Shown here piece by piece: positions 20,207-31,110 of a stretch of DNA of 64,000 nucleotides. The stretch comes from Candidatus Poribacteria bacterium (GTDB taxonomy: Bacteria; Poribacteria; WGA-4E; JAJDTR01). The stretch is taken from assembly GCA_965222225.1 (NCBI GenBank), contig CBDCTK010000002.1:1440001-1504000 (forward strand). Reading direction: 5' to 3'. Both the position numbers and the translations under genes were made by a program. The notes under the pieces are model-generated. The model was given only the letters and a program-made list of their open reading frames with translations. It was not told the DNA's origin and made no database searches. Every line of letters starts with the position of its first letter. The first letter of the stretch is position 1.

Positions 20207-20637
20207 TTCTCGCCCTCCAATCTCGAAAACACACCTTGGTATTTTAGACTATAAGCCAAAGTTGTCATGATATCCGCGTAGAATAGGTCGATTCAATAAA
20301 TATTTACCAGTAGCACATCTTACTTGCCACAACGCTTGGCCGGCTTTTCAACGTAGATTATCTGCAAATTCTACAGCAGGCGATTTTTCCTGTCAACCAC
20401 TATTTTCGAGATTACGGCTCATGTCCATGAGGCAGGATCTGCCTTTCACGTGTTCCTCTTGCCGCGTTCAGAAGACGCCGACTGTCTGCTCGCACCGTGC
20501 CATCGTGGTCGGGATGAATCCGAGGTCCAAGGGTTTCTTGAGCTAAGTTCTTACAGGATTGAAGTTGACGGCTTTTCAGACGGTACGGTATAATTCGGCA
20601 AGCTCTTAAAAGCCTATTAGGCGAAGAAGGAATTTGA

Positions 20638-22917
20638 ATGCGATTCACTTACTTTTGGCCATGGTGGGGGGTTATCCTCGGACTTGCAATCATGGCTGGC
20701 GTTACGGTGTATGCCTACCTCCGTCTGAAACGTCCTATCAGTTGGAGGCCTAAATCGCTCCTCATTGCCTTACGGATTTTAGCCATATCAGTGTTGTTGT
20801 TCTGCCTGTTGGAGCCAGTGCTTGTCGAGAAGATGGACATCACTCCCCCGATAAATCTCCCCATTCTTGCTGATACCTCCCGAAGTATGGAACTTCGAGA
20901 TGTCGAATTCAATGGCGAACCATCAAGCCGCTTAACACTTGCAAACCACCTTCTGTTTGATTCATCAAGCCAGTTCTTGCCGAGTCTCAATAAACGCTTT
21001 GAAACCCACCTCTACCGATTTGACGAACAATCACAACAGATTTCAGGACAACTGAATCCCTTAGAAATCAGAGGCAATCTGACGGATATTGCCGCTTCTA
21101 TCCAGACCGCCATACGAGAATGGCGAGGACAGCAGACCGCCGGTGTAGTGCTAATTACTGATGGTGCTCACAATGCCTCGACATTTCCGCTGGAAGATGT
21201 GTTGCGGTTGCAAATCCCTATCTACCCAATCGGCATTGGAGCCCCGGAACCTCCGAGGGATCTCAAAATCGTAAAAATAGAAGTAAATCCCGTTGTTTAT
21301 GTGGAGCATGAGGTCCCAGTCTATATCACCATACAATCTAACGGCTATTCTGGTAATCGAGTGCGTTTGTCATTGAGGCGGGCAGAGAATTCTGAAAACG
21401 AGGGAAGTATTGTTAACGCTACCTCGGTTACCTTAACTGATGATCCCGCTCAAGTTGTTGAATTCACCTTGATTCCCAAATCTGAGGGTAGTTTCCAATA
21501 TGTCGCTTCGTTGCCAACCCTTGAAGGTGAAATTTCGTCTGAAAACAACAGAAAGGTATTCCTGCTCAAAGTTGTCAATACAAAACTGCGTGTCCTTTAT
21601 ATTGACGGGCGCCCTCGCTGGGACTATGTTTTTTTGAAGCGGGCGCTAGAACGTGATCCGGATATTGATTCGACATGCGTTATTCTATCGGGCAAAAGAC
21701 AGCACCAATTGCGTGATACGCTGTTAAGCACTACGAATGGTTACTATCCACAAAACAAAGAGTTGAATGAAGTTCGTCAATTTCCAGATACACTTCAAGA
21801 ATTGATGGCCTATGATGTGTTAATTGTGGGAGATGTACTCTCAAACGCATTGAATGCGATACAACAAGCCGCTGTTGTCGATTTCGTTGAGAATCATGGA
21901 AAAGCAATCATCTTTCTTGGAGGACAGCGTTCACTCGGTATTAACGGGTTAATAAAGACATCACTTGCAGGTCTCCTTCCGGTTGTGCTTTCTTCGAACG
22001 GTTGCATCGCAAAAAATGAAGATTTCAACCTTGGACTCACTCCAAGTGGATTATACCATCCAATAACACGCCTCGCTAATACGAAGGCAAACAATGAGGC
22101 AATCTGGAGAAATTTACCACCGCTATCACGGTGGCTCGGCGGCTTGCAACTTCGAGGCGGTGCAACTGAACTTGCGGTTTATCGGCGGGACACACCGAGC
22201 CAACCTATACCAATCATTATTTTCCAGCGTTCTGGCTTGGGAAAAAGCCTCTTGATTGCGGCTGAAGGCGTTTGGAACTGGAGATTCGGTGTGTGGAGTT
22301 TCAAAAACGAAGACAACACATATCCCCGATTCTGGGCACAGTCAATTCGTTGGATGGCGACACGAGGAGAGGAAAAACAGATTAGCGTTACAACAAACTT
22401 GCCCACTTACTCAGTAGGCGACATTGTTGAAATTACAGTCTTCGCGTATGATGAAAGTTTTCAACCCCTCAACAATGCGGTGATTGATATTGAAGTTTTC
22501 CCTCCCAGCGATCAGCCCTTTCAACTCCATGCCAGTGCCAACTCCGCAAATACGGGTGCCTACACGGCGCGGTTCAATTCGGATAGCCAAGGTAACTATT
22601 ATATCAAAGCTTCAGGGAGACAGGGTGAAGTTGTGCTCGGAGAGGATTCAACCGAGATTTTTGTTCAACTGCAATTGGCAGAATTAGAAAATCCACAACT
22701 TGATGAATCTCTGCTAAAACAGTTAGCCGCCAAAACGGGAGGTGCTTACCTCCCGTTTGCCGAAGCCTCCACTTTGCCCGAGAAGATTAATGCTCGACAA
22801 CACCCTATCTTTGCGACTGAAGAACGAGATTTGTGGGATACTCCGCTAGTGCTGATTTGCGTCGTTGTGTTGCTCGGGTTGGAATGGTTCTTACGCAAGC
22901 GAAGAGGCTTGGTATAA
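20638..22917 (+). CDS. Membrane protein with vWA and glutamine-amidotransferase-like domains
   Basis: N-terminal TMs, DTSRSM/TD/ITDG MIDAS motif, YDVLIVGD...FLGG, and C-terminal LEWFLRKRRGL. Confidence 0.8.
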   Translation: MRFTYFWPWWGVILGLAIMAGVTVYAYLRLKRPISWRPKSLLIALRILAISVLLFCLLEPVLVEKMDITPPINLPILADTSRSMELRDVEFNGEPSSRLTLANHLLFDSSSQFLPSLNKRFETHLYRFDEQSQQISGQLNPLEIRGNLTDIAASIQTAIREWRGQQTAGVVLITDGAHNASTFPLEDVLRLQIPIYPIGIGAPEPPRDLKIVKIEVNPVVYVEHEVPVYITIQSNGYSGNRVRLSLRRAENSENEGSIVNATSVTLTDDPAQVVEFTLIPKSEGSFQYVASLPTLEGEISSENNRKVFLLKVVNTKLRVLYIDGRPRWDYVFLKRALERDPDIDSTCVILSGKRQHQLRDTLLSTTNGYYPQNKELNEVRQFPDTLQELMAYDVLIVGDVLSNALNAIQQAAVVDFVENHGKAIIFLGGQRSLGINGLIKTSLAGLLPVVLSSNGCIAKNEDFNLGLTPSGLYHPITRLANTKANNEAIWRNLPPLSRWLGGLQLRGGATELAVYRRDTPSQPIPIIIFQRSGLGKSLLIAAEGVWNWRFGVWSFKNEDNTYPRFWAQSIRWMATRGEEKQISVTTNLPTYSVGDIVEITVFAYDESFQPLNNAVIDIEVFPPSDQPFQLHASANSANTGAYTARFNSDSQGNYYIKASGRQGEVVLGEDSTEIFVQLQLAELENPQLDESLLKQLAAKTGGAYLPFAEASTLPEKINARQHPIFATEERDLWDTPLVLICVVVLLGLEWFLRKRRGLV

Positions 22918-22961
22918 GGTCAATGTGACACTCTTTTACATCGGGACCAGCATGAAGATTT

Positions 22962-23666
22962 ATGATTAGACAACGATGGACGTGGTTTGATTCCGTTCCG
23001 CCTAAGTTTCTCCCGCTTCTGGTCCTGCTGTCCGTAGGTTTTCTGATGTTCGGTTTAGCCTATGGCGTCGGAGATAAGTTTGTCATTGCGCAAGTCCACT
23101 ACAGTGGCGGCGGCGATTGGTACGGAGATCGGACCGCTATTCCCAACTGGTTAAAGTTACTTCGTAGGAGGACCGACGTTGAGACAGCCGACGACCGGGT
23201 AATTGTGAAGCTCACAGATCGAGAGTTGTACCAGTATCCGATGCTTTATATCGTTGGACACGGCGAAATTCGGCTTTCAGAAAAGGAAGTCCAGGCGCTA
23301 CGGTTCTATCTGACACATGGCGGTTTCCTGTTTGTAAATGATGACTACGGTCTGGACAAGAGTTTCCATCGCGAAATGCGGCGTGTATTTCTTAATCAAG
23401 AGCTCCAACCTATACCAAATTCTCACCTAATCTACCACTGTTTTTACGATCTTCCCGGGTTGCCCAAAATCCACGAACATGATGGTGAACCTCCACAAGG
23501 TTTCGGGTTATTCCACGAAGGACGGATGGTAGTCTATTACGTCTATAGCTCCGACATCGGAGATGGGCTGGAAGATCCGGAAGTCCATCCGAACGATACT
23601 TCCGAAGTACGGGAACTCGCCGCAAAGATGGCAGTAAATATCGCGGTATTTACGTTAACCCACTAA
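22962..23666 (+). CDS. DUF4159 domain protein
   Basis: YSGGGDWY, YPMLYIVGHG, GGFLFVNDDYG, DIGDGLED and AVNIAVFTLT motifs. Confidence 0.85.
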   Translation: MIRQRWTWFDSVPPKFLPLLVLLSVGFLMFGLAYGVGDKFVIAQVHYSGGGDWYGDRTAIPNWLKLLRRRTDVETADDRVIVKLTDRELYQYPMLYIVGHGEIRLSEKEVQALRFYLTHGGFLFVNDDYGLDKSFHREMRRVFLNQELQPIPNSHLIYHCFYDLPGLPKIHEHDGEPPQGFGLFHEGRMVVYYVYSSDIGDGLEDPEVHPNDTSEVRELAAKMAVNIAVFTLTH

Positions 23667-23835
23667 GATATTATTTGGGACACGCAAACCTAGAAAATAA
23701 CCACCTTGAATGAGCAATCAGGAAAGCAAGTACATTAAAAGATAACAAAACCGAAATTCGCCGTAAACTGCGAACCTAAATGAACAGAATAAATCCGCAT
23801 TTATTATTTCGGTCTACGCTAATGGAGATTTCACC

Positions 23836-26800
23836 ATGCAAAATCGGCACAGCGAACAATCCTATCAGACAATTGTCAATCGTCTTCGCTCTCTGGGCGT
23901 ACAATGGCGTATGCTGCACATATTTCAAGGCTTACTCCTCTGCTCGGGAGTAATTGCAGTCGCCCTTTCAGTTGTCCTTGTGATTGACCAACTTCTGCCG
24001 ATACCTCGTTTAATCCGCATGTGGCTCGTGCTATTGGTAATCGGAATTGGTGCCTACACAATTATCTTCAATTTCATCCGTCCCGTTTTTGGAAGACTTA
24101 CAATCAATCGCGTGGCAGCCTACATCGAGCGAAGTTACCCTGGGTTTGAGAATAGAATCTTGAGTGCCATTCAACTTCAACCGGAGATAGCTCACAATCG
24201 TTTCGGATATGCCTTGGAATTCATCAATAGGTTAACTGAACAGGCGCGTCAATCTATTGAAGAAATCAAGGCAAAGCGGGTTTTCGAAAAGGAGTTTCTG
24301 AGTCTAAAGAGATACGGCGGATTCACTGTCTGTGCCATCGCGTTGTTTGTTGCCATAAATCTCGTTTTCTCATCAGCAATGATCGACTTCGTTGCAGCAT
24401 TCGACGAAATCCCCAAAACCGTCCAAGAATTACTAACGGTTCAAATCAATGAAGTCAAGCCCGGAAATACGCGAATCGAATCAGGTGCGGACGTGACCAT
24501 CTTGGCTGAAGTTACCGGGCACTTCAATACGCCGGTGCATTTGTATTACCGTGTCGGGGGACCAGATTTAACGAATGAACCTATGGATTCATCAGAGTCT
24601 GATTGGAAATCAGTTTTGATGACGAGAAGCGACACACAGATAGCCTATCGCGTGACTGTTGAAAATATCACACACTCTACAGAATACTACGTCCAAGCAA
24701 AAGAGACGCAGTCGGATCGCTATAAAATTACAGTCACACGCGAACCGATTCTTAGCCGGTTTCAGTTGAAACTCAATTTTCCCAATTATACCCAACTTTC
24801 TCCGGCAACATTGGAGGAAAACCTCGGCGACGTTTCCGCTCTAACCGGCACGGAGGTCCAGTTTGAAGGAGAGGGGAACAAACCGCTCTCTTCCGGCAAC
24901 AAGCTCGTCTTTGACGAATCGGAATCCGTGACATTAAGAACCACAGAGCAGCTCAAGTTAGCCGGGAGTTTCATAATTCAAACAAGCGAAAAATATCATA
25001 TCGAGCTATTCGACACTCACGGTATGACGAACTCAAGTCCGATTGTTTACACGATCAACGCCGTGCTTGACACTGAACCAATGGTTGAGATAATCGAACC
25101 GGACAGAGATGTCGTGCTTGATGATGCGATGATTGTGCGATTGAAGATTAATGCCGAAGATGATTACGGGCTAGAGCAACTTCGTTTAGTGTACAAAGTT
25201 GAAGGAAAGGACGAGGAACCGGTAGTGATTCTACTGAAACAATGGAGGACACAGCAAACAGAGGCATATATCGAGTTCTCGTGGGATACGGATCCAATCG
25301 GTCTCTTCCCCGAAGATGTAGTTTCCTACCACGTGGAAGCGATTGATACTGATAATGTGACGGGCCCAAATATTGGAAAATCGGATACCAACACTCTTCG
25401 CTTCCCGTCGCTTGATGAACTCTATGCGGCGATTGAATCAAGCCAGGAAGGTGAACAAGCGGGGCTTGAGGCGCTGTTTGAAGAACAAACTGAAGCAATC
25501 GGAATCGTAGATGAGCTGTTGGACAAAATCCGAAAGAATCAGGAATTGACGGCAAAAGACGAACAACTGATGAAGCAAGTGCTTGAAACACAACGCCAAA
25601 TCAAACAGACAGCGGAAGAACTCGTGGACAATATGGAGAAAACCGCTGAACAGATGCAAACCAACGAACTGTTTGAGTTGGAAACCGTTCAGAAATATCA
25701 GGAATTGCAGGAGCTGATGGAGCAAGCTCTTTCCGAGGAACATAAAGAACTTTTGCGCAAGTTGTCAGAGGCACTGGAACAACAGCAGTTATCAGATCAA
25801 GAAAGAGAGCTGATGGATGCAAATTTCAGCCAGGAACAGTTTCTCCAGCAATTAGATCAGTTGAAAGAATTATATAAACAGATGATTCTTCAAAACCAAC
25901 TGGAGGCGGTGACAAAGCAGACGAAGGAATTGGCTGAGCGTCAGCAAGGGTTGATGGAACAGGCGGAAGAATATCACGCTCAATCCAACCAGAAAGAAGC
26001 AAGTCAACCCACTGGGAGCCAGCAAGCTCTAGATCAACACGGTGATGAACTCGCCAAGCAGGAAGAACGCATTGCCGATGGAATGGATGGACTTCACAAC
26101 GACTTGGACGAACTTGGTCGAGAAATGTCAAAACACGACAATCTCCAGAGAGTGGCTGATGAAATTAACCGACTCAATCAATTCGCGAGAAATGAAAACG
26201 TCGTCCCCAACCTGAAAGAGGCTAGTACACAGATGCAGCATTCTCAGCTTGAGCGGGCAATGCAGCCGGGGCAGCAGGCGCAGAATACGATGAGCGACCT
26301 CGCCAAAGGATTGGAGAATGCACTCGAATTCATGGAGGGATCAAATGCGGATGAAACGCTGACCGCCCTCAGAGAGGCTGTGAGGAGCGGAGTTTATCTA
26401 TCCGAAGTACACGAGGATGTGATAAAGGATACAAACGAGATTTTGCAATCGGGCCACGGGCAATATATTGATGGAGAAATCAAACGGTTACAAGCCCTCG
26501 CAGCAAAAGAGTTGAGCACCGCAACAGGAATCGATCAACTTGCGAGTCGGCTCTGGGAACTTGGCAAACAGCAGATGCAGATTGATCCGAAAGTGGTATG
26601 GCGCCTCAATGAAGCAAGTGATGCGTTGAGTCGCGCTGCAAGTGCATTGGAAGATAGGAAAGCAAATCTGGCTACCACTATCCAAAAGCAGGGACTCGCA
26701 GATCTGAATAGAGCGGTTGTGGAACTCCTCGGCTCCATGAATCAGATGAATCAACAAATGAGTATGGCAGGAATGGAGAACATGCTTGAACAACTCCAGC

Positions 26801-27348
26801 AGCTCGCGCAAAACCAAGGGCAGTTAAACGAGATGACCCAGAATCTCAGTGAACAGATGCGGCAACAGGGGCGAACTCCCGGGCTTGAGCAGATGTTGAA
26901 GCGGATGGGCTACGAACAGCAATTGATTCGCGAAGCAACGGAGCGGCTCTCGAATATGATGGAACAGTTTTCACAGGCGCTCGGAGACTTGAGGGTGGTC
27001 GCGGAGGAGATGAAAAAGGTTGAGACGGAACTTGAGGAAGGAAATATCAATCAGAAAATATTGGAGAAGCAGCGGCAGATTCTCACACGTATGCTCGAAA
27101 GTGCGAAGTCGCTCCAGAAACGTGACGTGAGCAAGAAGCGCCAAAGCGCGGTAGCTGAGACGTCGATAAATCCCGCTAGGGACGCGTCGTCGCTGGATCC
27201 AAAACTCCTAAGAAAGGTTCAACAAGTCGAATTAAATCTTAGATCTGGCGGAGTCGAATCCCTTCCATTTGAATACCGAGAGCAGATTGAACGGTATTTC
27301 AAAGCACTGTCTCTGCAGACACGAGGGTCAGGTACATCCGGGGAGTAA
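23836..27348 (+). CDS. Large membrane/coiled-coil protein (DUF4175-like)
   Basis: N-terminal TMs, AEDDYGL Ig-like region, long Q/E/M-rich coiled coil and terminal PFEYREQIERYFKAL. Confidence 0.75.
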   Translation: MQNRHSEQSYQTIVNRLRSLGVQWRMLHIFQGLLLCSGVIAVALSVVLVIDQLLPIPRLIRMWLVLLVIGIGAYTIIFNFIRPVFGRLTINRVAAYIERSYPGFENRILSAIQLQPEIAHNRFGYALEFINRLTEQARQSIEEIKAKRVFEKEFLSLKRYGGFTVCAIALFVAINLVFSSAMIDFVAAFDEIPKTVQELLTVQINEVKPGNTRIESGADVTILAEVTGHFNTPVHLYYRVGGPDLTNEPMDSSESDWKSVLMTRSDTQIAYRVTVENITHSTEYYVQAKETQSDRYKITVTREPILSRFQLKLNFPNYTQLSPATLEENLGDVSALTGTEVQFEGEGNKPLSSGNKLVFDESESVTLRTTEQLKLAGSFIIQTSEKYHIELFDTHGMTNSSPIVYTINAVLDTEPMVEIIEPDRDVVLDDAMIVRLKINAEDDYGLEQLRLVYKVEGKDEEPVVILLKQWRTQQTEAYIEFSWDTDPIGLFPEDVVSYHVEAIDTDNVTGPNIGKSDTNTLRFPSLDELYAAIESSQEGEQAGLEALFEEQTEAIGIVDELLDKIRKNQELTAKDEQLMKQVLETQRQIKQTAEELVDNMEKTAEQMQTNELFELETVQKYQELQELMEQALSEEHKELLRKLSEALEQQQLSDQERELMDANFSQEQFLQQLDQLKELYKQMILQNQLEAVTKQTKELAERQQGLMEQAEEYHAQSNQKEASQPTGSQQALDQHGDELAKQEERIADGMDGLHNDLDELGREMSKHDNLQRVADEINRLNQFARNENVVPNLKEASTQMQHSQLERAMQPGQQAQNTMSDLAKGLENALEFMEGSNADETLTALREAVRSGVYLSEVHEDVIKDTNEILQSGHGQYIDGEIKRLQALAAKELSTATGIDQLASRLWELGKQQMQIDPKVVWRLNEASDALSRAASALEDRKANLATTIQKQGLADLNRAVVELLGSMNQMNQQMSMAGMENMLEQLQQLAQNQGQLNEMTQNLSEQMRQQGRTPGLEQMLKRMGYEQQLIREATERLSNMMEQFSQALGDLRVVAEEMKKVETELEEGNINQKILEKQRQILTRMLESAKSLQKRDVSKKRQSAVAETSINPARDASSLDPKLLRKVQQVELNLRSGGVESLPFEYREQIERYFKALSLQTRGSGTSGE

Positions 27349-27396
27349 AGTGTCTCCGACAAGGAAACTGAATTACTGTTCGCAATAGGGCGGCTG

Positions 27397-28241
27397 TTAG
27401 GGTAAGTATTCCGAATTGTCAGTAATACGACCACGCGTTACCGCGTATACAATCATGTTGGTGCCGAACATCATGACCCCGGGCGAATAGTGCATACTTC
27501 TGCCTGTGAAGTAATCCCAATAACCTTCCGACTTATCACCACTGCGAGTCTGCCGTTGATAGATATACCTTCTAGCGGACCAATCATTGGTATCATACCT
27601 ACGGGCGCGCCACCTATGTGATAAAAACAGCGATAAATCTCGTGGTCTTCGGATATCGGCTCAACTGGGTATGTGGGTAACAGTTCTTCTAGCATCCTTC
27701 GTATCGATTGATAAAATTCACCTTCCGTGTTAGAACTATCGTCAACGAATAGAAACCCGCCCTTCTCAACGAGATACCGCCGCAGATTTTCGCGTTCTGC
27801 TACGGACAGATAGACCGCCGTATCCTTACTACCACTATCCAGTAAGAGCATGGGTTGATTGAACAGCCCGTCGGAATCAACTTTCTCCGCAGGGATGTCG
27901 CGAGGGGGTGACAAGTAGACCGATTTCACTGTCGTTCGTCGAGGGATAAAGCGAACTTGCAAGCGACTTCTCTTGTTTACCCATTTTTCCAGAGCTGCCG
28001 GTTTTCCCTGAGACCAGAACGATCCATCGCTATAGAAAACCCCGGCGATGTGGACGTGCCCGCTTATGTTACCGTCATTGCCGTGAATGACAGCCCCACT
28101 TCCGTCAGTGTCGAGTTGCGTTCCTTCTGCAGCGTTCTTAACGATCTGTGCGTTATAGCTGCAAGCCATGAGTAAGGTGAGAAGAACAGATGCGACGCTG
28201 AGTTTGGGGATGATAGCCATATTGAGTTCCGCAGTTGTCAT
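27397..28241 (-). pseudogene. DUF4159 lipoprotein with a frameshift near its 3' end
   Basis: Lipobox LMAC, GGFLFVDD and HEIYRCFY; a 1-nt shift near 27526 restores GYWDYF...FGTNMIVYAVTRGRITDNSEYLP*, matching the C-terminus of the paralogue at 22962. Confidence 0.7.
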
Positions 28242-28542
28242 GCTCGTTTCCCTCCATTAACTGCTTGGTGGTTTAGTCGGTTGCATCGTTTACCCGCTGC
28301 CGGCAACATTTGGATCTGACATTTCACCATCGCTACGGAGCAAGTTGCGTGCAACGCTTTGGGAAAAACCGGGAAACAGCGCGAAATAGCGGACACGTTT
28401 CACGAATCGCTTGCGAGATGCACAGCGTGAGTTATTCCGGACTTTAAACTGCACCAAACAGGGCAATCAAATTGCACCAAACAAAACAATCTGTCGAAGC
28501 CCTCGCCTAGTTCACCGTCCAACACGCCGCTATAACCAAACC

Positions 28543-28617
28543 GCGTTGGGAAACCCAACCCCTGCGAATTCCCATATGTACCAGCCCCAATCGTAGGGGC
28601 GAAAGGTAACCTCGCCC
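28543..28617. repeat. GTAG-family REP-like palindromes
   Basis: GTTGGGAAACCCAAC and GTAGGGGCGA...CTCGCCC hairpins in intergenic DNA. Confidence 0.5.
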
Positions 28618-28650
28618 AATACCTCGGGACAACTAACCCAAACTAAGTCT

Positions 28651-30888
28651 TTACTCCCCGCTCACTTTATCATCGCCAGTGTTCTTGGTTTTAGGCACCA
28701 GTAACTCGTGTAAATTAGTCTCGGACGGGTAAAGCTTCCTGTAGACGTAGTAGCTATCGATGACTTTTTTAATATGGCGGCGCGTTTCATCGATTGCGAT
28801 ATCCTCAATGAACTCATCCAAATCCGCCAATCCTCTTTCTTTCACCCAACGGCTCATCCGTCCCGGCCCACCATTGTATGCCCCAGTCACCAATGCATGA
28901 TTGTCTTGAAAGCGACTCATCAAGAATTTCATGTATTTCGTGCCCATCTCAATGTTCACGCCAGGATTCAATAGCATATTCTTCTTGAACGGGCGAATCT
29001 TGAGTTGACGCGCAAGTTCACGTCCGGTTTGGGGCATAATTTGCATTAAGCCTATTGCCCCAGCCCATGAAACTGCTTCAGCGCCGAACCGGCTCTCCTC
29101 CAGAATCATCGCCGCTATGAACAGAGGATCCATCTCATATTTCTTGGAATATTTATTGATAGTGTCATGATAGTAGATTGGGTAAAGCAACCGATACAGT
29201 TCCAGCGGTATCGCCTGATTTTCATCACGTATAGACGCCAGGGCGGATAACTGTTGCGCAAAATCGTAGGCCTCACTGAATCTCCGTTTCTTCTGGTAGC
29301 ATAAAATTAAGTTGTAGTAATTGGCGTTTCGATCTCCGCGCATCGATTTGATTTCCCCGCTTATCTCCGTAATAGCGTCATCGTAGAACCTGAGCTGCAT
29401 CAATTTATTAACACGTTCGGATTGGTTCAATCCAGCTTGTTTCCATTTTGAGTGATTAGGAACAGCATTCACACGAATAGAGACGGGGGCGACCTCCGCG
29501 TTCTCTATCCTTTCACCCATTTGACGAAGCACCGCCTCAGCCCGACTACCATAATACCAATGGTGCGCCCCGTGAACTTCGCGATATATCCTTTTCGCTG
29601 TTTCATGTTGATTCTTGCATTCGTAACACTTCGCCGTCCAAAAATGCGCAGCCATGGCGAGACGGTTTCCTGGGAAGAGACGCATCAACGAGGAAAAGGT
29701 CTCAATACTCTCGTCGAACCGCTTATGCTTGAAGTGAATCCATCCGATACGCCAATAAGCATCGGAGGCGAATCGGCTACTCGGGTATTTCAATGTCAAT
29801 TGACGATACGACTTGAGCGCTTCGTCGAAATGTTCCTCGTTTTCCTGCACCCATCCAAGATCAAAGAGCGCCTTATGCGCCAAGTCACTCCAACTGTAAT
29901 CCTTTACGAAAGCCTTCAACCGCTTTTGCGCGATATGGGGCTGTTTCTTGCGACGGTAGCAAATTGTGGTTTGGTACAACGCTCGGGTTAGGTAGTCGCT
30001 CGTCGGATAAAGCGTGACGACCGTGTTGTACTCGCGAATTGCGAGATCGTATTTGCGTCGGCGGTGATAGGCGCGACCGGTGAAGTAAACTGCTTGGCCG
30101 GTGAGTTTGTCGCCTTTTTTTGGAGAAACCGTGCGAAGCAATGCGATTGCATCCGTAAACCTTCCGTGGTTGTAAAGCACTATGCCGTGTGTTACACGTT
30201 GGCTACGGGTAACCTTCAATCTTGGGTGGGCTTTTGCCAACCTTTGAATCTCCCTGAGAGCATCTCGTGCAACCCCATCCGACTTGTCGGCATCAATGAG
30301 ACGTTGATAAGCGCGCAGAGCATTTTCCCACTTCCCCAAGCCTTCGTAGGCTTGCGCTTGCAGATAAGTCGCTCTTCTCACATAATCGCTCTGTTCATTC
30401 GCGATTAACTGAGAAGTAAATTCAATAGCGTTCGCATGTTTGTATTGCTTCAGATACACTTTCGCGATTTCATATTTTGCCATGAAAACGTGGTGGCTCT
30501 GTGGATATTGCTCAATCAACCGCTGATACCAAGCAACTGCCTTCGCATGATTCTCACGCTTCTGATGGATTTGTGCCAAGCGATAGATAGCGTAATCAGC
30601 GAGAATATAACTCGGTGAAACAGCCTTCTCATAATGTTTGGCAGCCTGATTCCACTTATTTAGTTTTTCATAACAGTACCCAAGTGTGTGATGGATCTCG
30701 TGCGTGTTTAATTTTGGAGCGGGGGTGCGCACCAACGACTCCAAGTGCTTGGCAGCAGATGTAAATTTTTCTTTCTCCATCAACACAAGTGCCTCGTTTA
30801 GTAGAGGATTCCCAAACACAGGCAATTCTAAACAGAAATAGACAGCGAGACTGATTAACAGAGAACAGAGGAAACGCGAATGTTTCAT
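28651..30888 (-). CDS. slt: Soluble lytic transglycosylase with TPR repeats
   Basis: ESRF, GAIGLMQIMPQTG, AYNGGPG and ETRRHIKKV motifs; signal peptide from MKHSRF. Confidence 0.9.
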   Translation of the reverse strand: MKHSRFLCSLLISLAVYFCLELPVFGNPLLNEALVLMEKEKFTSAAKHLESLVRTPAPKLNTHEIHHTLGYCYEKLNKWNQAAKHYEKAVSPSYILADYAIYRLAQIHQKRENHAKAVAWYQRLIEQYPQSHHVFMAKYEIAKVYLKQYKHANAIEFTSQLIANEQSDYVRRATYLQAQAYEGLGKWENALRAYQRLIDADKSDGVARDALREIQRLAKAHPRLKVTRSQRVTHGIVLYNHGRFTDAIALLRTVSPKKGDKLTGQAVYFTGRAYHRRRKYDLAIREYNTVVTLYPTSDYLTRALYQTTICYRRKKQPHIAQKRLKAFVKDYSWSDLAHKALFDLGWVQENEEHFDEALKSYRQLTLKYPSSRFASDAYWRIGWIHFKHKRFDESIETFSSLMRLFPGNRLAMAAHFWTAKCYECKNQHETAKRIYREVHGAHHWYYGSRAEAVLRQMGERIENAEVAPVSIRVNAVPNHSKWKQAGLNQSERVNKLMQLRFYDDAITEISGEIKSMRGDRNANYYNLILCYQKKRRFSEAYDFAQQLSALASIRDENQAIPLELYRLLYPIYYHDTINKYSKKYEMDPLFIAAMILEESRFGAEAVSWAGAIGLMQIMPQTGRELARQLKIRPFKKNMLLNPGVNIEMGTKYMKFLMSRFQDNHALVTGAYNGGPGRMSRWVKERGLADLDEFIEDIAIDETRRHIKKVIDSYYVYRKLYPSETNLHELLVPKTKNTGDDKVSGE

Positions 30889-30940
30889 GGTTTTATTTTG
30901 AAATGGAGGGATCAAATAAGATTAAGCGAGTGTACAACGA

Positions 30941-31043
30941 GCGATCAAAGGAACGGATAGTGACTGCGATAGAGATTTCATAGAAATTCCTCCGCCGTGC
31001 CGTAATCTGCATAAGGGGTACGGCATACGGAGTATGCCTACTA
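30941..31043. repeat. Repeat patch: copy 2 of the 33-bp repeat plus a GTAG REP-like hairpin
   Basis: 30941-30973 is the inverse of 23-55; TACGGCATACGGAGTATGCCTACTAC reads GTAGTAGGCATAC-TCC-GTATGCC on the minus strand. Confidence 0.55.
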
Positions 31044-31110
31044 CTAGCATCTTGTGCTAACATTCATTCAGAATATGTGTAAATCTGAACATGAATGACT
31101 ATAAATGTAG

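Noticed and set aside
20412-20545. GC-rich, loosely rod-like segment between two divergent promoters (possible 6S or other ncRNA)
   Set aside because: Pairing is irregular, no promoter or terminator fits it and no known motif was recognised; an Rfam scan is needed.
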